The position numbers were made by a program, and so were the translations under genes. A stretch of 64,000 bases of DNA, taken from the IMG/VR virus record IMGVR_UViG_3300033153_010090. One strand, given 5' to 3'. The stretch is from an uncultured virus (IMG/VR IMGVR_UViG_3300033153_010090). Lineage: Duplodnaviria > Heunggongvirae > Uroviricota > Caudoviricetes. Under the pieces are notes generated by a model. It was given only the letters and a program-made list of their open reading frames with translations. It ran no database searches and was not told the DNA's origin. Shown here piece after piece: positions 37,122 to 43,142 of the stretch; positions within the stretch are counted from its first letter, which is position 1; each line of letters starts with the position of its first letter.

Positions 37122-37337
37122 TCAGCTTGCGCTGAGCTGCAGTCCTCGTCCCAAGACGAAGAGGTTCTTGGCCAAGCACCGGACGACCTTGCCCGGCGCC
37201 TTCTCCACCATCACAGCGTCGAGGCCACGATCTGTGGTGTACCCGACGACCTTGCCGTTGAACGGCCCCTTCATACGACATCCCTTCTTCGTCCGCACCG
37301 GAGTACCGACGGGGAAAGCAACTTTGACACTCATCAC
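37122..37337 (-). CDS. Small beta-barrel (KOW/SH3-like) hypothetical protein
   Basis: AAAGGAGG RBS; FPVGTPVR...GPF.GKVVG. Confidence 0.6.
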   Translation of the reverse strand: MMSVKVAFPVGTPVRTKKGCRMKGPFNGKVVGYTTDRGLDAVMVEKAPGKVVRCLAKNLFVLGRGLQLSAS

Positions 37338-37350
37338 GGCCTCCTTTCTT

Positions 37351-37427
37351 TGGTGGGCTCGGAGGGAATCGAACCCCCGACATGCCGATTAAGAGTCGGC
37401 TGCTCTACCTAGCTGAGCTACGAACCC
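37351..37427 (-). tRNA. tRNA-Lys(CTT)
   Basis: Loop CT-CTT-AA. Confidence 0.95.
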
Positions 37428-37428
37428 A

Positions 37429-37506
37429 TGGTGGGGGCGGTCGGCATCGAACCGACGACCTCCCGGTTAAAAGCCGGGTGCTGCTGCCGCGCTGAGCTAC
37501 GCCCCC
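37429..37506 (-). tRNA. tRNA-Lys(TTT)
   Basis: Loop CT-TTT-AA; irregular D stem. Confidence 0.9.
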
Positions 37507-37612
37507 TAGCGCTTCAGTCGCCCCGGTTTCAACCGTTCCCACGTGTCCTCAGTCATCAGCACAATGTCTCTCCTCGGAAACCACGGACTCTTCAACCACT
37601 CGAAAAAACTCT

Positions 37613-37690
37613 TGGTGCCCTCGACAGGACTCGAACCTGCGACCTCCACGTCCGGAGCGTGGCGCTCTGAATCCACTGAGCTACGAAGGC
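37613..37690 (-). tRNA. tRNA-Arg(CCG)
   Basis: Loop CT-CCG-GA. Confidence 0.95.
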
Positions 37691-37693
37691 ATA

Positions 37694-37771
37694 TGGCGCC
37701 CCCGGTAGGATTCGAACCCACGACCCGCCGGTTAGAAGCCGGCTGCTCTAAATCCACTGAGCTACGGAGGC
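37694..37771 (-). tRNA. tRNA-Arg(TCT)
   Basis: Loop CT-TCT-AA. Confidence 0.95.
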
Positions 37772-37812
37772 GCAACTTGTTCATGCCGATCTCCTCCGTC
37801 GCCTGCCAACAA

Positions 37813-37887
37813 TGGTGGGCGCCCAGGGATTCGAACCCAGGACCGTTCGGTTATGAGCCGAGTGCTCTACCGCTAAGCTATGCGCCC
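37813..37887 (-). tRNA. tRNA(CAT), probably Ile2 (lysidine); elongator Met not excluded
   Basis: Loop CT-CAT-AA; GGGCGC acceptor typical of Ile2. Confidence 0.8.
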
Positions 37888-37907
37888 ACAACACCATCTC
37901 GTCTCCT

Positions 37908-37982
37908 TGGAGCCTGTACTCGGGTTCGAACCGAGGACATCCAGCTTGGAAGGCTGGCGTTCTACCACTGAACTACACAGGC
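37908..37982 (-). tRNA. tRNA-Gly(TCC)
   Basis: Loop CT-TCC-AA, TCCA. Confidence 0.95.
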
Positions 37983-37990
37983 TCATCTAG

Positions 37991-38064
37991 TGCCCAGTGC
38001 AGGGTTCGAACCTGCGCCCTCCGCTGTGTGAAAGCGGCGCTCTACCAAACTGAGCTACCCGGGC
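37991..38064 (-). tRNA. tRNA-Val(CAC), no encoded CCA
   Basis: Loop TT-CAC-AC, 3' A-CTA. Confidence 0.9.
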
Positions 38065-38081
38065 TCACTCCTTTCGATCTC

Positions 38082-38132
38082 GAGGAGGGAGGCTGGCGGG
38101 TCCAGCCATCTGTGACCTCAGCCTCCCTCCTC
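38082..38132. repeat. Long hairpin spacer
   Basis: 14-bp perfect stem GAGGAGGGAGGCTG/CAGCCTCCCTCCTC. Confidence 0.8.
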
Positions 38133-38137
38133 ACAAC

Positions 38138-38214
38138 TGGTACCCCGGGGTGGAATTGAACCACCGGCCCCTCGCTTATCAGGCGAGTGCTCTAGACCCC
38201 TGAGCTACCGGGGC
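38138..38214 (-). tRNA. tRNA-Ile(GAT)
   Basis: Loop CT-GAT-AA. Confidence 0.95.
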
Positions 38215-38259
38215 GAATACTCCCCGGGCGGTAGGCCCGGGGCGCACCGCCCATCAAAC

Positions 38260-38334
38260 TGGTAGCGGCGGAGGGATTCGAACCCTCGACTTCCGGGTTA
38301 TGAGCCCGGCGAGCTACCACTGCTCCACGCCGCA
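38260..38334 (-). tRNA. Initiator tRNA-fMet(CAT)
   Basis: 1:72 mismatch, three G-C pairs in the anticodon stem. Confidence 0.92.
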
Positions 38335-38346
38335 TCACCAACTCCT

Positions 38347-38422
38347 TGGAAGAGGCGGAGGGGCTCGAACCCCCAACCACCAGGATCAAAGCCTGGTGCT
38401 CTACCTGTTGAGCTACGCCTCT
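38347..38422 (-). tRNA. tRNA-Gln(TTG)
   Basis: Loop CT-TTG-AT. Confidence 0.92.
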
Positions 38423-38426
38423 AACC

Positions 38427-38502
38427 TGGCTGGGGCGGCAGGGATCGAACCTGCGACCTTCCGGGTCAGAGCCGACTGCTCTACCAGCTGAGCTACGCCC
38501 CA
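38427..38502 (-). tRNA. tRNA-Gln(CTG)
   Basis: Loop CT-CTG-AC, U1-A72. Confidence 0.92.
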
Positions 38503-38511
38503 TCATCAACC

Positions 38512-38590
38512 TGGCACCCCGAGCAGGACTCGAACCTGCGACCTCCTGATTCGTAGTCAGGCGCTCTGAATCCAACTGAGCTACCGAGGC
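38512..38590 (-). tRNA. tRNA-Arg(ACG)
   Basis: Loop CT-ACG-AA. Confidence 0.95.
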
Positions 38591-38600
38591 ACAACAAAAG

Positions 38601-38679
38601 TGGCGGGGCCGACGGGATTTGAACCCGCGGTCTCCTGAGTGACAGTCAGGCGAAGACGGCCAGACTCTTCCACGGCCCC
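38601..38679 (-). tRNA. tRNA-Asp(GTC)
   Basis: Loop CT-GTC-AC, GCCA. Confidence 0.95.
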
Positions 38680-38766
38680 ACAAGGTGGTGGTCGCAGCGT
38701 AGGTGTCCGTCAGCCAGGTGTCGTTACGGTTTGTCCGTGGTCGGGATCCCAGAGCTGGTGGACAGT

Positions 38767-38895
38767 TTACGCTGCCCTGGGATCTCGAAAAGGATGCTGT
38801 CCCTCGATACCGCGGACCGCAACCATCTTCGCCACGGCTGTTGCCGTAGCGGTTCTGGCTTCTTTGCTGGTCCGTATGGTTTGCACGAGTGACAT
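38767..38895 (-). CDS. Leader peptide of tRNA unit 2 (MSLVQTIRTSKEARTATATAVAKMVAVRGIEGQHPFRDPRAA)
   Basis: ATG 7 nt after the -10 box (probably leaderless); 34 different codons in 42; covers all 23 downstream tRNAs. Confidence 0.75.
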   Translation of the reverse strand: MSLVQTIRTSKEARTATATAVAKMVAVRGIEGQHPFRDPRAA

Positions 38896-38902
38896 CTTCT
38901 TC

Positions 38903-38932
38903 AAGGTAAAGGATTGTGGTTCTGAAAGTCAA
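38903..38932 (-). promoter_or_regulatory. Sigma70-like promoter of tRNA unit 2
   Basis: TTGACT-N18-TACCTT with A-rich upstream DNA. Confidence 0.6.
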
Positions 38933-38981
38933 CAACCTTTTTCTCGTCGCTACTCTTTTTTCGACGAGGTTCATATATATG

Positions 38982-39052
38982 AGTGCGGTACTGGATTCGA
39001 ACCAGTGTAGTTGGGGTTGCAACCCAACACCTCGCCTCTCGGACAACCGCAC
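38982..39052 (-). tRNA. tRNA-Cys(GCA), no encoded CCA
   Basis: Loop TT-GCA-AC, U73. Confidence 0.9.
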
Positions 39053-39053
39053 A

Positions 39054-39139
39054 TGGAGGAGGGTGAGGGATTTGAACCCCCGGAACTTTCGCCCTCACGC
39101 TTTCTAAGCGTGCGCCTTCAACCACTCGGCCAACCCTCC
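39054..39139 (-). tRNA. tRNA-Ser(AGA)
   Basis: CACGC-TT-AGA-AA-GCGTG, Ser-type body with long variable arm. Confidence 0.88.
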
Positions 39140-39141
39140 AC

Positions 39142-39219
39142 TGGTACCGGGAGAGGGAGTCGAACCCTCAGAGAACTGGGTTTTGAATCCAGCGCGTCTA
39201 CCAATTCCGCCACCCCGGC
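39142..39219 (-). tRNA. tRNA-Leu(CAA), short variable loop
   Basis: Loop TT-CAA-AA, Leu-type D arm. Confidence 0.9.
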
Positions 39220-39305
39220 GCTATACTCCTTTCGATCCCTCAACGACATCTATCTTGAGGGAGGCGCAAGGCCCCCCAGGTGTCGACCCGGGGGGCCTTC
39301 TTCTT

Positions 39306-39382
39306 TGGTACCCGGCCCGGGACTCGAACCCGGAAACTCTCGGACCTGAACCGAGCGACTGTGCCAGTTCGCCTAGCCGGGC
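39306..39382 (-). tRNA. tRNA-Leu(CAG), short variable loop
   Basis: Loop TT-CAG-GT. Confidence 0.88.
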
Positions 39383-39388
39383 ACATGA

Positions 39389-39469
39389 TGTAGCGGGATG
39401 GATTTGAACCACCGACCTTTCGGTACTCGGGGGTTACAGCCCCGTGCCTTACCACTCGGCCACCGCTAC
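39389..39469 (-). tRNA. tRNA-Tyr(GTA), no encoded CCA
   Basis: Loop CT-GTA-AC, variable arm, 3' A-TCA. Confidence 0.92.
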
Positions 39470-39472
39470 ACA

Positions 39473-39561
39473 TGGTGTCGGAGGAGGGACTTGAACCCAC
39501 ACGACCCTTTCGGGCCACCGGCTCCTCGGGCCGGCGCGTCTACCAGTTCCGCCACTCCGAC
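39473..39561 (-). tRNA. tRNA-Leu(GAG), C33
   Basis: Loop CC-GAG-GA, long variable arm. Confidence 0.9.
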
Positions 39562-39595
39562 ACATCATTCTTTCTCGTCGCCACTCACCTCAGTT

Positions 39596-39673
39596 TGGTA
39601 CGGGTGAAGGGACTCGAACCCTCAGAGACCCGGGTCTTAAACCCAGCGCATGTACCGATTCTGCGACACCCGC
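39596..39673 (-). tRNA. tRNA-Leu(TAA), short variable loop
   Basis: Loop TT-TAA-GA. Confidence 0.88.
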
Positions 39674-39678
39674 ATGGT

Positions 39679-39754
39679 TGGTGGGCCGGGGCGGATTCGA
39701 ACCGCCGACGCGCGGCTCTTCAGGCCGCCGCTCTACCGACTGAGCTACCGACCC
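39679..39754 (-). tRNA. tRNA-Phe(GAA)
   Basis: Loop CT-GAA-GA. Confidence 0.95.
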
Positions 39755-39816
39755 GCATAAGCGGATGGCGCAGCCGATAAATCGAGTTGTGAGCGTCTTC
39801 GTCATCAGTGCCCTCA

Positions 39817-39891
39817 TGGCAGGCGGCCAAGGAATCGAACCTTGCTGACGGCTGGATTTGGAGTCCGACCCGCTTACCCAGAGCGCCGCCC
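39817..39891 (-). tRNA. tRNA-Trp(CCA), non-canonical compact fold
   Basis: Loop CT-CCA-AA, G73-CCA, no 8/9 connector, extended anticodon stem. Confidence 0.8.
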
Positions 39892-39896
39892 AAAGG

Positions 39897-39972
39897 TGGC
39901 TCCAGGGGAGGGACTCGAACCCCCGACCAGGCGGTTAACAGCCGCCCGCTCTACCAGCTGAGCTACCCTGGA
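39897..39972 (-). tRNA. tRNA-Asn(GTT)
   Basis: Loop CT-GTT-AA, U1-A72, GCCA. Confidence 0.95.
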
Positions 39973-39982
39973 ACAGTTGGGG

Positions 39983-40102
39983 CTAGCGCCAGCTCGTATT
40001 CAGTCGGGGATACAAAAATAGGGAGTCGAGACAAAGAAGTAAGGAGCTCGACGTGGGGGATCGAGGAGTGGTGCGTGCGATGATGGTCTGTTCGGTACGC
40101 AT
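39983..40102 (-). CDS. Leader peptide of tRNA unit 1 (MRTEQTIIARTTPRSPTSSSLLLCLDSLFLYPRLNTSWR)
   Basis: AGGAG RBS; all six Leu codons plus Cys, Phe, Tyr, Asn, Trp and Ser codons; stop lies 10 nt before tRNA-Asn. Confidence 0.82.
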   Translation of the reverse strand: MRTEQTIIARTTPRSPTSSSLLLCLDSLFLYPRLNTSWR

Positions 40103-40119
40103 GGCTGTCTCCTAGTTTC

Positions 40120-40148
40120 AGGATGCACAGTCACATTCGATCTGTCAA
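40120..40148 (-). promoter_or_regulatory. Sigma70-like promoter of tRNA unit 1
   Basis: TTGACA-N17-CATCCT. Confidence 0.65.
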
Positions 40149-40645
40149 TACCAATTTTGAATGGCCAGATAAATACCCGCGGTCAAAGATGAGGCAATGA
40201 CAATCCACCCGGGTATGCGTAGCCACCAAGGGGAGATACCAAAGTCCGCCGCGGCCTTCTGCAGGTCAGTGAACGAACTGCTACCCCACGACCCAACCCA
40301 CAGGTCAATGAGGCCCCCACCGAGAACAACGAGCCACCCGGCCCACATCCAGTCAGGCCAGTAGCTGAAGAACGGGAAGGCCACTGCGGGGATGATGTTG
40401 GCAAGTCGCGGAGCCAGACTGATCCATCCCTGCTCGTGATCTCGCATCGGCCGGTACAGCGTCTTGCTGTTGCACGCCCACCGCCAACCGCCTTTGTACC
40501 GGTGCGGGATGACCTTGATCTCCCAGCTCTTCACCCCAACAAGGTGGTCCGCCACGACGACGTGAAGGAGCTCATGGATGTAGGCCCAGAAGAGGAAGGT
40601 GGGAACGAACCCGACGACCAGGATGATGACGAGCTGGATGATCAT
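40145..40645 (-). CDS. Membrane protein with HExxH (M50/zincin-like metallopeptidase)
   Basis: IHELLHVV, ISLAP, several transmembrane segments. Confidence 0.65.
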   Translation of the reverse strand: MIIQLVIILVVGFVPTFLFWAYIHELLHVVVADHLVGVKSWEIKVIPHRYKGGWRWACNSKTLYRPMRDHEQGWISLAPRLANIIPAVAFPFFSYWPDWMWAGWLVVLGGGLIDLWVGSWGSSSFTDLQKAAADFGISPWWLRIPGWIVIASSLTAGIYLAIQNWY

Positions 40646-40652
40646 GGCAGTA

Positions 40653-40961
40653 TCAGTTCCAACCCTCGACGCCAGTGACGAACTTCTGACGCTTCACGTT
40701 CTGTGTCATCGGATTCCACTTGGCGGTCTGAGTGACACCGCGCGCGTTGGTGCCAGTGCCCTTGCTCACAGCCTGCTGGATGGTCTTGCCGTGCCCTTTG
40801 AACGACGGAGTGAACCCAGAAGACTTCAAGGCCTTGGGCTTGAACAGCTTGCCAACACCCTTGGCGGCGCCAGCAACCATCGAGCCAAGGCCCGCATCCT
40901 TCTCGAAGCCATTGATGTACGCGAGCTCGTCGACAAAAGCTGCCATCATGATGGGATTCAT
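40653..40961 (-). CDS. Small putative virion internal protein
   Basis: AFVDELAYINGFEKDAG motif; AAAGGAG RBS. Confidence 0.7.
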   Translation of the reverse strand: MNPIMMAAFVDELAYINGFEKDAGLGSMVAGAAKGVGKLFKPKALKSSGFTPSFKGHGKTIQQAVSKGTGTNARGVTQTAKWNPMTQNVKRQKFVTGVEGWN

Positions 40962-41012
40962 AGTCAGCTCCTTTCGTGCCTCAGTGATACCACGGGTGGA
41001 GGTGGGGAGGAA

Positions 41013-41492
41013 TCAGTCAGCGTGGTCCGGGACGGACAAGGCCAGGTAGGTGACAACACCTGCGACAATGCCTACCACCACCCCTGCACCAACTCCCCAG
41101 AACATGGTGTCCCAGGGAAAGCCTTCGTTCTCATCCAGGCAAGTCTGCCACTTCTCACCAAGGCGGGTGACCTGCCCATCCAGAACCTTCTTGTCCTTCT
41201 CCAAGAACTCGATGACGAGGTCCTTCTGCTGAAGAAGTAGCCCCTGGTTGGAGATGATGGAGTCCTTCTCCTTGGACTTCTCCTTCTCAGTGTAGAGGTC
41301 GTGGTCCACCTCCAGGAGCTTCTTGAACTCCTCCAAGGTGTAACAGGTCTTCTTCTCCTCACCGACCTGGCAGAGCATCCCGGTGGGGACGTAGAAGGGC
41401 TTGCTGGACAGCTCACGCTGCTGGCACTCCTGAGCCCGGACAGGCGCGGCGAGGAGTAGAGCGAGGATCAGTCCTTGAAGAGATCGTCCCAT
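41013..41492 (-). CDS. Exported coiled-coil protein with C-terminal TM (spanin-like candidate)
   Basis: Signal peptide, coiled coil, C-terminal hydrophobic helix; overlaps the upstream gene. Confidence 0.6.
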   Translation of the reverse strand: MGRSLQGLILALLLAAPVRAQECQQRELSSKPFYVPTGMLCQVGEEKKTCYTLEEFKKLLEVDHDLYTEKEKSKEKDSIISNQGLLLQQKDLVIEFLEKDKKVLDGQVTRLGEKWQTCLDENEGFPWDTMFWGVGAGVVVGIVAGVVTYLALSVPDHAD

Positions 41493-41833
41493 GAGTTGAC
41501 CTTCCGCAGCTTCTTGACATAGACCTCGTGCTGCTTGTCCAGCTCCTCGAGCCGCTCGTTGCTGTCGTCCACCTTCAGCTGCAGGTCGAGGATCTGCCTG
41601 GCGGCCTCGTCACGGACCTTCTGGCTCTCGTCCAGCTTGGCCTGCTCCTTGACCCGCTCGAGCTTCTCGCCCAGGACCAGGGCCTTGTTCCGTTCGATGG
41701 CGGCACGCCGCCGAGCGAGGCCCAGGAAGAAGAACAAGACGCCTGTGATGAGAGCTGCAACGACAAGGCCGATGACCGAGGCATGACCCTCAATCTTGAG
41801 CTCAGTCGTTGTCTCTGGCTTCTCCCCAGGCAT
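41468..41833 (-). CDS. TM + coiled-coil protein (i-spanin-like candidate)
   Basis: N-terminal TM followed by a heptad-rich helix. Confidence 0.6.
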   Translation of the reverse strand: MPGEKPETTTELKIEGHASVIGLVVAALITGVLFFFLGLARRRAAIERNKALVLGEKLERVKEQAKLDESQKVRDEAARQILDLQLKVDDSNERLEELDKQHEVYVKKLRKVNSWDDLFKD

Positions 41834-42147
41834 CAGACAATGGTCCCGGCGTAGTGACCCTCACTGATGAGCCACTCATAGAGCCCACGCTCCACTGCGT
41901 CGTAGGTGAGCTCGTCCGCAAGTGTACTGTGCGTGGAAACCAGCGTATCGAAAGCCGCTCCATCAACGGTGAAGGTGCGCCGGCCTTTACCACGAACCCA
42001 CGCGGCATCGACGGTGTTGCCCACCTCGGTCCTGAACCGGAGCAGTCTCCGTCGATACTCGAAGCCAGTGACTCGCACCTGGGCGTAGGATGCCACACCA
42101 GGGTCAAGGTCTCCTGCGGAGATAGGTGTCGTCAGACTGAGAGGCAT
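41833..42147 (-). CDS. Hypothetical protein
   Basis: AAGGAG RBS, coupled. Confidence 0.7.
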   Translation of the reverse strand: MPLSLTTPISAGDLDPGVASYAQVRVTGFEYRRRLLRFRTEVGNTVDAAWVRGKGRRTFTVDGAAFDTLVSTHSTLADELTYDAVERGLYEWLISEGHYAGTIV

Positions 42148-42184
42148 CTTGATTCTCCTTCCTGAGGGACTGGCACAGGCGGTA

Positions 42185-42748
42185 TCACTCGTCGGTCTTG
42201 AAGACCTTCTGGTACTCCGTCAGGAGAATCGCCCCTGGGCCGCCGAGGAAGATGGTCACCGCGTCCCACCAGGGCATTCCTATTGCGAGGTTGGCCAGCA
42301 CACCGGCCCCGATTCCCAGGGTGATGGTAAGCAGTCGAATGACTGTCTTGCCCTTGCGCTTCTTCCAGAACGGACTGGTGCGCCGGATGACCATGATGAG
42401 GAGCTTCAGCAACGCGGCCAGTACCGCGGCCCACACGAAGGCCTTCTTGGTATCGGACTCCCGTGCCTTGAAGTACTCCTGTGCCTCCTCGATCGTGGCA
42501 AAGGCTGCCTCGATCACTTCCTCAGTGGAAGCGTCTGGAGCCAGGTGCTCCACGGTCTTTGTCACAGGTATGTGCTCAACGACAGGGCTCGCCGCGATGG
42601 GGACGGCACCCTTGACCTCCACGGCTGCCTTCACCAACACCTTGGCGGGCTCAGCCTTCTTCGCGACTGTGGTCGCCGGGGTAGGTGTGTCCTGGGCGAT
42701 AGCAGGTGCTGCGATCAGCAGAGCTGCGATGAGCATGAACTTACGCAT
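42185..42748 (-). CDS. Multi-TM protein (holin-like candidate)
   Basis: AAGGAG + ATG at 42748; signal-like N-terminus and about 3 TM helices. Confidence 0.6.
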   Translation of the reverse strand: MRKFMLIAALLIAAPAIAQDTPTPATTVAKKAEPAKVLVKAAVEVKGAVPIAASPVVEHIPVTKTVEHLAPDASTEEVIEAAFATIEEAQEYFKARESDTKKAFVWAAVLAALLKLLIMVIRRTSPFWKKRKGKTVIRLLTITLGIGAGVLANLAIGMPWWDAVTIFLGGPGAILLTEYQKVFKTDE

Positions 42749-43112
42749 CGGTCTTCTCCTTAGCCTCCCTTGGAGGTCTAGTTGGTTTGAGGGCACCGTT
42801 GCCTGGAACATCCCCCTTCGGGCCATCCCACAAGGCAAGCATGGCGTCCATGATGCCACCGGCGCGGCCGAACTCGGTCTTGACCTCGTCGCGCAGAGAC
42901 TCGAGTTGATTGGTCTTGAACCTGATCTCCTTCTCCATATTATTGGCCTGCGAATTCAAAGCATCGACTTTACGCTCGACCTCCATGTACTTCGCGGCAA
43001 GGCTTCTCTCAACGTCGGTGAGTTCTTCGCTGCCCTTCTTCATCTTCTCCATGACGGAGCTGAGATACTGCGTCTTGGCCTCATTCACGGCTTCTGGATT
43101 CAAAGGATTCAT
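42741..43112 (-). CDS. Coiled-coil hypothetical protein
   Basis: GGGAG RBS; follows the tail fibre gene. Confidence 0.7.
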   Translation of the reverse strand: MNPLNPEAVNEAKTQYLSSVMEKMKKGSEELTDVERSLAAKYMEVERKVDALNSQANNMEKEIRFKTNQLESLRDEVKTEFGRAGGIMDAMLALWDGPKGDVPGNGALKPTRPPREAKEKTDA

Positions 43113-43142
43113 GTTCTTCTCCCGTGCTCTTCTGGCTTCAGA

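Noticed and set aside
38680..38900. tmRNA, because leader 2 ends in Ala-Ala-stop within a hairpin
   Set aside because: There is no tRNA-Ala-like acceptor/T-arm termini, and the ORF has its own ATG and promoter.
38192..39052. 286-aa ORF across the tRNA array
   Set aside because: It is a translation of consecutive tRNA genes and a promoter, with no RBS at its start.
39095..39112. Possible amber suppressor or Leu-TAG tRNA (TTCTAAG on the plus strand)
   Set aside because: The stem register CACGC/GCGTG centres AGA in a 7-nt loop. No CTA/TCA/TTA anticodon was found, and genes end normally at TAG, TGA and TAA, so there is no sign of recoding.
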